NCBI GenBank assembly: GCA_964016885.1
Contig: OZ024757.1
Span: forward strand, 32,550,001 to 32,614,000
DNA: 64,000 nucleotides
From: Eledone cirrhosa
Taxonomy: Eukaryota
Direction of reading: 5' to 3'
Every line of letters starts with the position of its first letter. The first letter of the stretch is position 1. This document shows positions 16,935 to 30,685 of this stretch, piece by piece. The notes beneath the pieces were generated by a model. The model saw only the letters and a list, made by a program, of their open reading frames with translations. It ran no database searches and was not told the origin of the DNA. The translations under genes were made by a program, and so were the position numbers.

Positions 16935-17497
16935 GTGCTTGTGGTGGTGGTGGTGGTGGTGGTGGTGGTTGTGGTGGTTGTGGTGGTGTTTGTGGTGGTG
17001 GTGCTGGTAGTGGTGGTGGTGCTGGTGGTGGTGGTGGTGGTGGTGGTTGTGGTGGTGTTTGTGGTGTTTGTGGTGCTTGTGGTGGTGGTGCTTGTGGTGG
17101 TGGTGCTGGTGGTGGTGGTGGTGGTGGTGGTGGTGGTGGTTGTGGTGGTTGTGGTGGTGCTTGTGGTGGTGGTGCTTGTGGTGGTGGTGCTTGTGGTGGT
17201 GGTGCTTGTGGTGGTGGTGATGGTGGTGGTGGTGGTGATGATGATGGTGGTGGTGGTGGTGGTGGTGGTGGTGGTGGTGGTGGTTGTGGTGGTTGTGGTG
17301 GTGCTTATGGTGGTGCTTGTGGTGGTGGTGATGGTGGTGGTGGTGATGGTGGTGGTGGTGGTGATGATGATGGTGGTGGTGGTGGTGGTGGTGGTGGTTG
17401 TGATGGTTGTGGTGGTGCTTATGGGGGTGCTTGTGGTGGTGGTGCTTGTGGTGGTGGTGATGGTGGTGGTGGTGGTGGTGGTGGTGGTGGTGCTTGT
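16935..17497. repeat. (GTG)n degenerate trinucleotide tract
   Basis: Directly visible. Confidence 0.95.
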
Positions 17498-17882
17498 TGA
17501 GGAAACGACGGCGACGATGATAGTGACGATGACAATAACAGGAAAGAAGGAATGACAAAGATGTCGGTTACGCAGTGCAAACCTCTTATATATATATATA
17601 TATATATATATATACTTTTTCCTATATATATATATAGGAAAAAGTATGACCCCGACGGCAGAGCTCAAGCCGTTTTGACTGGTATTTCTGGGCGGAAATA
17701 GCAGTCGAAATAGCAGTCGAAACGGCTTGATCTCTGCCGTCGGTGTCATACTTTTTCCTATTTCCCTAAATATTGAGTACTCTGGTGCGTTATGTTCCAT
17801 CTGGTTCCTTACCACAATTCCTTTGTTATATAAATGTATATATATATATGTATATATATATGTATATATATATATGTATATA

Positions 17883-17923
<41 letters not shown>

Positions 17924-17924
17924 G

Positions 17925-18002
<78 letters not shown>

Positions 18003-18005
18003 CGA

Positions 18006-18043
<38 letters not shown>

Positions 18044-18045
18044 GA

Positions 18046-18081
<36 letters not shown>

Positions 18082-18083
18082 GA

Positions 18084-18115
<32 letters not shown>

Positions 18116-18117
18116 GA

Positions 18118-18165
<48 letters not shown>

Positions 18166-18167
18166 GA

Positions 18168-18246
<79 letters not shown>

Positions 18247-18430
18247 GTTTTTTGTTGTTTTGGTATTTTATGAGTGAGTTTTGCCTGCAGAATTTTCAAT
18301 ATTTGTCAAGATTTCTAAACTATGTAATTATTCTAAGGCCCTAGCTTATTGAGTGCTTTGCTACTCATTCCTAATTGTAGGTCGCTTTGCTTAGCCGCAG
18401 CCAAAGCTTCGATTTTACTAAGCTACCACT

Positions 18431-18492
<62 letters not shown>

Positions 18493-18667
18493 AACCAGTA
18501 AGACCCCGACAGCTGAGCTCAAGCCGTCTCGACGGCGAATTAGCCGTCGAAACGGCTTGAGCTCAGCTGTCGGGGTCTTACTGGTTCCTATTACCCACTC
18601 TACTACCCCAAGTATTGAGTACTTTGGTGCGTTATGGTCCACCTGGTTCCTTACCACATTTCCTTCG

Positions 18668-18711
<44 letters not shown>

Positions 18712-18714
18712 ATA

Positions 18715-18968
18715 TGCAGTTATTAAATGCAGAATTTTTGGAATGTTTTCCCTTTTTTTTATTGTTCCATTAATGGATTGTACTAGTAATTTCCTAACTA
18801 GTTGTCTTCTTTCTCTTTCTGTGAAGCCCAGCTTCTCAAGATATGTATTGAGGCAGTTACTAACATATCCCAGTGCCCCCACTAAACACAGGCATAAATC
18901 TGAAGGTATAGTCAGGGTGGAGTATCTGGAGTATCTGTCAATCTCTCATTAGTTCTCCATAGATATTC
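18715..18968 (-). mobile_element. 3' end of an RLE-type (R4/Dong-like) non-LTR retrotransposon
   Basis: GALGYVSNCLNTYLEKLGF...LVRKL..QSINGT resembles the R4-type C-terminus; second copy at 25040-25370. Confidence 0.55.
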
Positions 18969-18970
18969 TC

Positions 18971-19029
<59 letters not shown>

Positions 19030-19059
19030 ATATATTTATCCTGATCGAGCCGTTTTTTT

Positions 19060-20765
19060 TTGTTTTTTTTATACTTCCCTCAGGTCAGTCTTGTTTGTTT
19101 GAGTGTTGTTGTTATTCCATTCATTTTTTCTGTTTAGCTTAGCCTTGGCCTTCTAAGTTCTATTTTGCTGGCCTCTCTGATTTGCCTATCTGCTGGGTCA
19201 TTTCTATATTTAGATATTATTTTAATTTCTATTTTGGTTATGTTACCGTCGTGTTGTTGTCTGGCATGTTCGTATAGTACTGAACCGTTTTATCGTCCTT
19301 TTAGTCCCCCCCCCCAGTGTTGGTCTATCCTTTCAGCTATGCTACGAGCTGTCTCACCTATGTATGTTGTTGTCATGCAAGTACCCTCTGTACATCTTAT
19401 GCTATAGACTACGTTTCTAGTCTTACAGTTTATCCGGGGTTTACTTTTCATATAATACATTTCCTATTAGTACAGTGGGTTTTCTTAAAAGGGTAGGTTT
19501 TGCTGATCAGGGATGTTATGGTTGTTGCTGGCTTTTCTACCACCTTAATCTTTAAGTGGGTCTTTCTCGGGGCCTTTCTACACTGGTTAGCTAATTTCCC
19601 TCCAGGTGTAGCGTCCACAAACATGACACTCTGGTATCTCTGGTTGTCGTACCATGAGGTGGCTTTCCCTATCTTATGTCTAGTCCTATCTAAGCTATTC
19701 TATGATTTGCTCCTGTATAATGGGAAAATTCTTTTCATGTCCAGTTCTATGAGGGTCTTATACTTCTCCGTGGCTCCTTCGTTAACTCTGATTCTGTCTC
19801 TTTGGTTGTAGCCAGAGAACTGCAAGCGGTTGATGAAGTGTTGGATGTGTCTTTCCATTTCTGTTGGGTCACACATGCGGGACACGTTCTTCATCACTCG
19901 TACCAAGTCTGCGATCAGAATATTAAACTTAGCACTACTGGACATTGCTGAGTTTTTGAGTATCAGGTATTTGAAGGCCATGGGTTTAGCGTAGTGTGAG
20001 TGGAGAATTTGGGGTCTCTCGTCTATAGTGTTAATCCAGAGTTCTGTGTCTAATACAGGTAGTCTATTGTTAGGTTGTTTGGAAGGGAAGTCGATAGTTA
20101 CAGTTATACTCTGGTGTATGGAATTAGCTATCTGCTGGATGCTTTCCATTGTGCTACGTTCTAAATCAAACTTTTTAGTACTCTCTTGTGGGGATGTCCT
20201 TATTACTATATTGATGTCGTCTACGTAACGAGAGTACATGATGAGGTTTATGGAGCTCTCATCAAGGAGATCTTTGAGTCTCCTTTCCCACCATACCATA
20301 AAAAGGTTGGCAACGTCACCAGCTATGCTGACGCCAATGGCTGCTCCCTCATTTTGGGTGTAGATCTTCTCGTTGAATTTGAATATGTGGCCCTTTAGGG
20401 TAGTTTTGATACTAGCCCCTATTGCATGTGCGACTATTTTTCTTACCAGATCATTGTTTTGCGGGGTCCGTATAGCTTTGGTCCACCCAATCCACCTTCC
20501 CATGGGAGTCTTTTTTGCCATTGAGGTTATGGTGGGGGGTCTATCTCTTATGGGTCTACTGGGGCAGAAACGTCTATGGTTATGGCTGTCTAGCTAGTCA
20601 GTGTCATAGGTAAGTCTAAGTAGGAGGCCCAGTTCGTCTGTGTCGACGTCGCATAACTCCACCTCACTCACACTGATCATCTCCACACATTTTTCCACAG
20701 CAAAATCAATGTTAATGGATGGGTACAGTGATACCACATCCACACTGCCTATTATGCAGTTGGAT
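19060..20765 (-). mobile_element. Degenerate Penelope-like retroelement (RT + GIY-YIG endonuclease)
   Basis: RT motifs IGSVDVVSLYPSI (~20710-20750), QNEGAAIGVSIAGDVANLFM, YSRYVDDI, LPVLDT; GIY-YIG NCKTRNVVYSIRC..TC..YIGETARSIAER (~19330-19430), QIREA and LNRKNEW; in-frame TAG ~20594 and further disruptions. Confidence 0.9.
19700..20521 (-). pseudogene. Penelope-type reverse transcriptase, remaining open segment
   Basis: 273-aa ORF with RYVDD catalytic motif, bounded by premature stops. Confidence 0.85.
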
Positions 20766-20797
20766 AAGTTTTTAGTAGTATTATATTATATAACGTA

Positions 20798-20993
20798 AGG
20801 GTGGTAGTTTGGCAGTATCGGTAGAGAGTCAGACAACATGCTTTGTAGCACAGAGTTACGCCCCTTTCTGATCTGAGTTCAAATCCTGCCGAGGTTAACT
20901 TTGACTTTCATCCTTACGGGGTCGATAAAATAAAGTACCAGTAATACACTGGGTAATTGCTGGCCTTGTGCCAAAAGTAGAAACAATTATATT
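20798..20993 (+). mobile_element. SINE family 1
   Basis: Full-length match to the in-window consensus. Confidence 0.85.
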
Positions 20994-21238
20994 ATATAAC
21001 TGTTGTTGTTGTTGCAGAAGGTTGGATTTCCTGAGGAAGATATTAACATGAATGGAAGACTCTGGGGGAAAAGATAACTATTTTTCTCACACCAAGACAC
21101 ACATACACACATACTCAGATACACACGCACACACACACTGAGATACTCGCACACACACTCATATACTTGCAGACACACCCAATCACACACCCAAACACAC
21201 ACACACACACACCCACATATATATATATAAATATATAT

Positions 21239-21288
<50 letters not shown>

Positions 21289-21384
21289 GCAGGCACATCG
21301 AAGCTCACACACACACGCACACAGATATATGCGCTTATATAATTACACATACGTATATATATGCACATACAGACATACACATAC

Positions 21385-21437
<53 letters not shown>

Positions 21438-21697
21438 AACATACATATACACATACATATACAAACATATATTTACATACACACACACACACACGCATAT
21501 ACAAACATATATTTATAAACACACACACACACACACTACCACACACAGATGCAGACATATACAAACATATATTTACATATAAACACACACGCGCATACAT
21601 ACACATACAAACATATATTTATACATACACACATACACACAGACACTTACAAAAATATATTTATACACCCACACCCTTCCACACACACACATATATA

Positions 21698-21785
<88 letters not shown>

Positions 21786-22294
21786 GAAGCCAACAACGAA
21801 AAACAACACAGGAGAACAATACAATGCAGTGATGGTATATTAGTTTAAAAGCTGTGTATTCAAACATAAGGAAATGTACTCAATACATAAAGTAGAGTGA
21901 ATAACAATAGTAACCCTAAAATAACAATTGTGTCTACTTGCTAACTCTGTATGTAATAGCTTCCGATAAACACACAGAACAGAAGTGGATCTACGTCCGT
22001 TTTAACGATGAGTGTTCCAGTTGTTCGATGAACGGTACACCCTTCTCATGAAAGTGTCTGACCATTCCACGGGCACTTATATCAACGATGAGTGCTCCAG
22101 TTGCTCGATTGACGGTACAAGCTTCTCACGAAAGTGTCTGAGTATTCCTCCATGGACATATTATTCTCAAAGAGATTGAACGTTACACTGTGTTCGACAG
22201 GACACACCTTTTGAATTACAGGTACAGTCCATCTAACGGGCTTCCAAACAGTTTCCGCTTACCCAATTCCAATCACAAGTCATGTACCGACATT

Positions 22295-22582
22295 GGTATG
22301 GTATGGTATGGTATGGCATCGTATGGTATGGCACTCCATGGTATGGTATGGTACTCTATGGTATAGTATAGTATGGTATAGTATAGTATGGTATAGTATG
22401 GTATGATACGGTATGGTATGGTATGGTATAGTATAGTATGGTAAGGTATGGTACGGTATAGTATAGTATGGTATGGTATGGTATGGTATGGTATGATACG
22501 GTATGGTATGGTATGGTATAGTATAGTATAGTATGGTATGGTATGGTATGGTATGGTATGGTATGGTATGGTATGGTATGGT
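22295..22582. repeat. (GTATG/GTATA)n pentanucleotide tract
   Basis: Directly visible. Confidence 0.95.
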
Positions 22583-23777
22583 CCCGTAACTCCTGATAGA
22601 GTCGTAGGGGGCGCTGTATTGACATATGGCGTTTCTTGGGTATTTTAAGCATGGCAGAGCCCATCCCTCTCCAGGCCCTAGTACAGCAGATTTCTTCCAG
22701 AGAAGGTTAGAAAGTGAGAGAGAGAGGAAATGAGAAAGAGAGAGAGGGAGGATCGACCCCAGTACTGGACTGGTACTTTTTATATCGACCTCGACAGGAT
22801 GAAAAGCAAAGTTGATCTCGGCGGGATTTGAACTCAGAGAGCAGAGAGCCGAAAGGAATACCATAAAGCAGGCATGTCAAACTGAAGGTGCCCCGAGGGC
22901 CACATGGGTCACATATGTGTTGTGTCTGAGGTCCACATGGGTCACACATGTGTTGTCTGAGGGCCACATACGACAACTAATTGCGCACATTACAACTAAT
23001 ATTTTTTTTTTTCATTTATATTACAAAGATAAAACATGCTCGCGCTGTAAAAATCTTTGTGAGGGCCGCAGGTGTGCTTGAGGTCGTTAAATAAAGTACC
23101 AGTCTTGTACTGGTGTCGATTCTTCCTCTATATCTCTTTCCCACTTTCATTTTCACGCTCTCTGTCGATCTCTGGAAGAAATCTGCTTTATTCAGACATG
23201 GAGAGAAGATGGGCTCTACTAGGTTAAAGAATGCTCTAGAGGCGTCGTGCGCCAATGCAGTGCACCTATGACTCGACCAGGAGTTGCGGGACTATGCATG
23301 CACGCTTGTATAGGAGGTTTGGTTACTGTTTCTAGCAATTCCTGCCACCACGAGAGGTCACCTCTTTGTTTATATTACTAGCGTTGATCTGCTGTCCTGT
23401 TGTTGTTGTGGCTTTGAATATAGTTTGTTATTCCTACAGTTATTGTTGGAGAGGGGTGTAGTGATAGAGGGGGGTGATGGTGGTGGTGGTGTTGTTGTTG
23501 TTGTTGCTGGTGGTGGCGGTGGTGGTGGTGGTGGTGTTGTTGTTGTTGCTGGTGGTGGTGGTGGTGGTGGTGGTGATTATATTTCAGTGCTTTTGTCATC
23601 ATTCACTTAGAATAACATCTGACGATCTTTATATGATAATACGCCTATACATTTGTATAGTCTATACAATATAAGTACGTATGTATACTATATATATATA
23701 TACATACATACATGCATATATATATATTTATAAATATATATATATATATATATATATGCATATATATATATTTATAA

Positions 23778-23852
<75 letters not shown>

Positions 23853-24027
23853 TGTGTGTGTATACATATATATATATATACATATATATATACATATATA
23901 TGTATGTATATATGTGTGTGTCCGGTCACCAGCATGGATATATAGACAATCACAATTGGGATTGAAAGCGAATTCTAATAAAAAAAAATATTTGCATACA
24001 TCATTTTCGCATCTCTATACATGTATT

Positions 24028-24079
<52 letters not shown>

Positions 24080-24099
24080 TGTATATATATTTATATATG

Positions 24100-24144
<45 letters not shown>

Positions 24145-24213
24145 GTATATATATATATGTATATATATATATGTATGTATATATATATATGTATATATAT
24201 ATGTATATATATG

Positions 24214-24256
<43 letters not shown>

Positions 24257-24265
24257 TTATTTATC

Positions 24266-24324
<59 letters not shown>

Positions 24325-24375
24325 TTATCTATGTATATATATGTATATATATATATATATGTATATTTATTTATC

Positions 24376-24418
<43 letters not shown>

Positions 24419-24683
24419 GTGTGTGTGTGTAACAAAAATACTCACGCGTACTCGAGTGTGGATGTGTAACAGTGTGTATATGTGTTTGTGTATGTGTGTG
24501 AGTTGATTATCGCTCTAGATACGGCTGAGTGGCGCCAAGCGTCCTGAAACATAATATACATACATACATAGTTACAAACATACATACAAACATACATACA
24601 AACATACATACATACATACATAGTTACATACATACACACATACGTACATAGTTACATACATAGTTGCATACATACACACATAC

Positions 24684-24957
24684 ATGGTGGCTGCCAACTC
24701 GTTTTCGAGTGCGGCCACTACTTTATATCCATGTAGGAGAACCCCTACAGTGTGACATTTTAGTCCAGCCAGCGACTTGAAAACTCTGGTACAAACACTA
24801 CACTTGTGACAATTATTGACACATAGTGCTGGGCCCATGGTACCATGTGATGACAAGTGCAGAGAGATCTCCAGATATAAAGCAATGCCTGTGCCGTGAA
24901 GCTTTTATAGTGAGCAAAGGCACTGCACAAAGCCAGTCCCACTCTCTTAACCAAGAC
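24684..24957 (-). mobile_element. LINE 3' tail (RTE-like, C2H2-like HKCSVCTRVFKSLAGLKCH), microsatellite-flanked
   Basis: Homologous to 58215-58467 in the opposite orientation; ends in (GTAT)n. Confidence 0.55.
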
Positions 24958-25039
24958 ATACATACAAACATACATACATACATACATACATACATACATA
25001 CATACATACATACATACATACCCGAGCGATTGATGTTAG

Positions 25040-25372
25040 AACTCGAAAAATACTAAACAACACCAGAAACTTCCACATCAACATTGACATAGACCGCCTT
25101 TACTTGAAACGTAAGCAGGGAGCAGAGGCCTAACATCAGACCAGAGAGCATTTGAATGTCGCATCATATCCTTCCGACAACATCTACAAACCTCGAAGCG
25201 TAGGAGCCCGTATTGGGGCACTGGGATATGTTAGTAACTGCCTCAATACAAATCTTGAGAAGCTGGGCTTCACAGGAACAGAAAGAACACAACTAGTTAG
25301 GAAATTACAAGCACAATCCATTAATGGAACAGTAAAAATATGTAAAACATTCCAAAAATTTTGCATCTAATA
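25040..25372 (+). mobile_element. 3' end of an RLE-type (R4/Dong-like) non-LTR retrotransposon, internally deleted
   Basis: IDIDRLYLKRKQG RT-distal motif joined to IGALGYVSNCLNTNLEKLGF...LQAQSINGTVKICKTF. Confidence 0.55.
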
Positions 25373-25686
25373 ACTGCATATACACATGTACAGATACTAA
25401 ACATATACACATGCACACATTCAACTCAAAACATACACATCCACACATACAATAACATCCATATCTACACATGCATACATGCAGACATGCATACATATCT
25501 ACCTAGTTGATGTTTTTTAAATTCCAATGAGTGAGTCTTGTGTCTATGTTAGAAACTGACTCTCTATTGGCAAAAATTTGACAAGAACCTAAATACAACA
25601 TACATACATACATACATACATACATACATACATACATACATACATACATACATGGTTGTGTTTTTGTGTGTTGTGTGTGTGTGTGT

Positions 25687-25758
<72 letters not shown>

Positions 25759-25905
25759 ATCTGTTTATACATGTTTGCGTGTGTATGTGAGTATCACTAC
25801 TCATATAGATAGAAACACTGATAGGAATACATAAACACCATAAAGATATAATATAACAATAAACGAAAGAAATATAGAAAGATAGAAAGAAAGACGAAAG
25901 GACAG

Positions 25906-25940
<35 letters not shown>

Positions 25941-26801
25941 CACAAACGGAAGGAAAGGCAAGAAAGGAAGAAAAAAGAAAGATGGAAGCGAACAGAGAAG
26001 GGAAAATATTTCTGTCATAATATATAATCTCCCACCACCATTACCATCTAATCACCATCACCACCACAAACACTACAACCACCACCACCATTACAACTAC
26101 CATCAAGACCACCACCACCACTACCATCACCACCACCACACCACAACAACAACAACCACCACCACCATCACCACAAAGCTTACTATCCAAACTAGTACCC
26201 AAAAAATGATACTAATATAACATATACGACTGACACTAAAATAAAACATTAAACAAATGAAATAGAATATTATATTAAAAATAAAGACAAAATGGAGTTT
26301 GAATAAACTTTGATGTTTATCAACGAAATAAGAAATTTTAGCTTTGAATAAGCATGCAGCGACCTCTATGATGGGTGGCAGGTATTGGCAGAGGAAATGG
26401 TGGTGGTATTTGTGGTGGTGGTAACAAGGTTGTGAATTTGCTGGTAAGATGGTGATTAGATTGTGGTGAATTGGTGGTGGTAGTGGTGATAGTGGTGGTG
26501 GTGACACGGTGTTGGTGGTGGTGGTGGTGGTGGTGGTGGTGGTGACACAGTGGTGAATTTGGTGGTAAGATGGTGGTTAGACTGTGGTGAAATGGCTATG
26601 AGATGTTAGATATATGAATATACAAGATGGATAAAATAGCATACAGCGACCTCTATGGCGGGTAGTAGGTAGTGGCAGAGGAAACGGTGGTGGTGGTGAT
26701 GGTGGTGGTATTGGTGGTGGTGGTGACATGGTGGTGGTGGTGGTGACATTGTAGTGGTGGTAGTGGTGGTGGTAGTATTGGTGACATGGTGCTGGTGGTG
26801 G

Positions 26802-26832
<31 letters not shown>

Positions 26833-27324
26833 GCTGGTGCTGGCGGTGACACGGTGGGGAATTTGGCGGTAAAATGGTGGTTAGATTGAGGTGAAGTGGT
26901 GGTGGTGACACGGGGGTGAATTTGGGGGTAAGATGGTGGTTAGATTGTGGTGAAATGGCTATGAGATGGTGGAGAGATGGTAGATGTGCGATAAAGGTGA
27001 GTTGAAGTTGGTGGTGAATTGTTGGTGAGATCGTGGTGAAATGGTGGTGAGGATGAGGATATGCGGGTGAGATGGTGGGGAAATTGCTGATTAGATGGTT
27101 CCATATAGAAAAGGAAAGGTTAGGCTACTATTGTTGTATAGTTTACTTATCTGTACATGTGTGTTCTATCTGACTGTCCCATTACACTGATAGTCAGACA
27201 GTCGAATATGTAGCTCTCAAATCAAAGAGAATCTTCTCTAGGAGGGCTGAACATAGACATTCTGAACACGATGTAAATATATGTATGTATGCCTTCATAT
27301 ATAGGTATATGTGTGTGTGTCGTA

Positions 27325-27359
<35 letters not shown>

Positions 27360-27372
27360 TTTTTTTATATCT

Positions 27373-27553
27373 GTGGATTGGCAGTATCGGTAGAGGGTCG
27401 GACGCCATGCTTTGCAGCAAAGAGTTACGGCCCTTTATGGTCTGAGTTCAAATCCCGCCGAGGTTAACTTTGCCTTTCATCCTTACGGGGTCGATAAAAT
27501 AAAGTACCAGTAATGTACTGGGATAATTGCTGGCCTTGTGCCAAAAGTAGAAA

Positions 27554-27560
<7 letters not shown>
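27373..27560 (+). mobile_element. SINE family 1
   Basis: Near-consensus copy. Confidence 0.88.
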
Positions 27561-27625
<65 letters not shown>

Positions 27626-27736
27626 AAGAAGTATTAAACATAGCCTTTTGTACTGTCTATTATAATAAATTACTGTATTATGAGCTATTTTAACTTATCT
27701 ACCTATGTTTAGATACCTTTTTATATATATAGAGAG

Positions 27737-27804
<68 letters not shown>

Positions 27805-27899
27805 TTCTTTATTAGCCACAGGGGCACAAAAGAAGGGGAGAAATACAAAGGGGGAAGTTTACATACAATAAAAACGTGTAAAATGTTATCACAGATGGA

Positions 27900-28309
27900 A
27901 TTTAAAAGTTAGTCGATTTTCCCCAATAGAGGGAGACATTATATATGGGTAGCACAGACCCCCGAAAAAAAATGTGCAACCCTCATCTCCAGGAGTACGA
28001 AGAGCTTGTACTCCTTTCCTCTCCTCCTCCTTTTCCTCAACCTACAGGCTGATATAGAGAGAAGGTCCATTCACTCGGGCCATTCTCGCCACTTTCACCC
28101 ACCTTTCATAAAACTTGCTGGGTTACAGCACCTCTCTCTCTCCATCCTGATTCTTCTTCCAAAGTGGTATTTGAAAAAAAGAATCAGTTGTTGGCCGGAG
28201 AGAAAGGTGTCTGACCTCAGCCCTTTCAACCTTGTCCACCATACAACCTCTTTCGCCATAGCTATCACACAAAGGAAAACCGCCTCTCCTTCGTTTTTGA
28301 AGGAGGGTG

Positions 28310-28310
<1 letters not shown>
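27900..28310 (-). mobile_element. Tx1/L1-like LINE C-terminal fragment inserted in (GATA)n
   Basis: Translates as VFLCVIAMAKEVVWWTRLKGL...FFKYHFGRRIRMER..*..FYERW; (GATA)n on both sides. Confidence 0.45.
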
Positions 28311-28396
<86 letters not shown>

Positions 28397-28729
28397 TCTA
28401 GTATTTACCTGAGTACGGTAGGATCAGTAACACTTGCAAAACGATAATAAAACGATGAACTAACAAAACACTGAACTTCGCCTTCTTTGTTTCCATTGTT
28501 CTACGTATATATGTGTTTAATATAGAAATGGCTTCTACAGGACTACAACTGTTTCGGGAAAAAATCATCAGGGTGGCTTCTGCAGGACTAGAACTGTCGA
28601 TTCTGGTGATTTCTCCCGAATGAAACAGTTCTAGTCTTGGAGAAGCCTTTTCTATATTAAATATTTACACTCTGCTATGTATTGAGTACCTTACTTGCTG
28701 TGGTTACGCCCGATTGAACCCGGGATAGA

Positions 28730-28811
<82 letters not shown>

Positions 28812-28950
28812 TAGATAGATAGATAGAATGAGAAAATGCGAAGTAGTTTCAGATGTTAAAGTCCTTTATTGGTAATGCTGTGACACATATTTTAATGACG
28901 ACAATGGCCACATGATTCTGTGTACCCAGTGCCGTGACATATATAGGGAC

Positions 28951-28992
<42 letters not shown>

Positions 28993-29055
28993 GTCCCCCA
29001 AAAATGTATACATACTTTGATTACCTGTACAGGGAATATTTATTAGAATGCACAG

Positions 29056-29127
<72 letters not shown>

Positions 29128-29129
<2 letters not shown>

Positions 29130-29330
29130 CGAAGGAAATGTGGTAAGGAACCAGGTGGACCATAACGCACCAAAGTACTCAATACTTAGGGTAGTAGAGT
29201 GGGTAATAGGAACAAGTAAGACCCCGACGGCTGAGCTCAAGCCGTTTCGACGGCTAATTCTGGACTCTGAGTCCAGAATTAGCCGTCGAAACGGCTTGAG
29301 CTCAGCCGTCGGGGTCTTACTTGTTCCTAT
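29128..29330. mobile_element. Family B fold-back element; other copies ~518-575, 4814-5015, 15553-15718, 17636-17828, 18489-18670, 46570-46632
   Basis: Perfect 62-bp arms (29206-29330) plus a ~80-bp unique tail; carries GAAACGGC-ttgagctca-GCCGTC; always in (TA)n. Confidence 0.75.
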
Positions 29331-29923
29331 ATATATATATATATATATATATATGGTTAATTTGCAAAGCATTGGGGAAATTTGTAAATATATTAGTCAC
29401 AATGTGGATAACTATCAATAATTTTTATTAAGTCGTCTAAATGACTAAATGACGCCTGAAGAGGAAAACATGGACAGAGGAGCCTGTTAGAATCGAATCA
29501 CGTTCCTCCAATATGCCGGACGAGTGCATTTAATCATTTTACTAAAGTGCTCCTGGCCACTAATTACCGTCTTTACCCTTTCATTACTGTATTTCTAACA
29601 AAATACACTGTCTATGTGTTTCAGTTAATTTTCTAACTAATAAACAAAATAAAATAATAATAAATAAATAAATAAATAGAGGAATTTAATAAAATAACTA
29701 AGCTTTTCATCAGTAAGTCGTTGTTTAGAAAATGACTTAAAAATTTCTGAAATAAAATTATCATGGAAGGTTTTGATATAGGTGTAAATATTTTAAATGT
29801 TATGTTTTATAGCATAAATCTTGGCAGTTTCAAGCAACTTGCCATCAAAAGGGTTTAATCATTCATTTTCTTACCATATAGCAACGATGTTTCTGTAACG
29901 CGAGTGTTCATTAAACCACTTCA

Positions 29924-30053
<130 letters not shown>

Positions 30054-30204
30054 TTGGGTTTGTTGGTTCACCACTGGATAGAACTGATCATTCCGTATGG
30101 TCAATCTCGATGTAATATTATGGAGAGTACTCAACGTAATGCAACTCACCCATCTTCGTTTGTGTAGTTGGTGGTGCGAGTACGGAGTTAATTATCCATA
30201 GAGC

Positions 30205-30320
30205 TGAAAATCAGAGACAAGAGGACGACCAACTATTTAGCAGCTTCTACCTTAGTCGGTCGCCCTCGGGTGAGGTAGAAGCTGCTAAATAGTCGGTCGT
30301 CCTCTTGTCTCTGATTTTCA
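30205..30320. repeat. Near-perfect ~48-bp-arm hairpin
   Basis: tgaaaatcagagacaagaggacgacc.actatttagcagcttctacct / aggtagaagctgctaaatagtcggtcgtcctcttgtctctgattttca. Confidence 0.85.
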
Positions 30321-30354
30321 AGGATTTACACCAGTCCAGCCTCCTGTTATTTTG

Positions 30355-30394
<40 letters not shown>

Positions 30395-30441
30395 AATGAA
30401 TAATAACAGGTAGACATCATAAAAAGGTAATTTATTCCGTG

Positions 30442-30553
30442 TGCTTACAAGTGTTTCCACGGTGGTACTGCAGCCTAGTTATGCTACGTGCAAATTCACA
30501 AGTACTTGCAGAACTCAAATATCCAATGCTGTGACCACTGTTTCCTCAGAGCA
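30442..30553 (-). ncRNA. Type I hammerhead ribozyme-like motif with ~65-nt insertion in stem II loop
   Basis: TGCT-CTGAGGA-aACAGTGGT...ACCACCGTg-GAAAC-actt-GTA-AGCA, followed by AATAAA and a TA tract. Confidence 0.6.
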
Positions 30554-30643
30554 GGATCATTATCTTGGATAATCCTATACCTAATATATATATATATATA
30601 TATATATACACTCACACACACACATCCACAGAGAAAGAGAGAC

Positions 30644-30685
<42 letters not shown>

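Noticed and set aside
16838-17815. Poly-His / poly-Thr / poly-Val ORFs
   Set aside because: (GTG)n tract joined to a family B element
29140-29421. Recurrent short [27 protein letters not shown] in family B copies
   Set aside because: GTG start, variable ends, antisense to the presumed element transcript; explained by repeat identity
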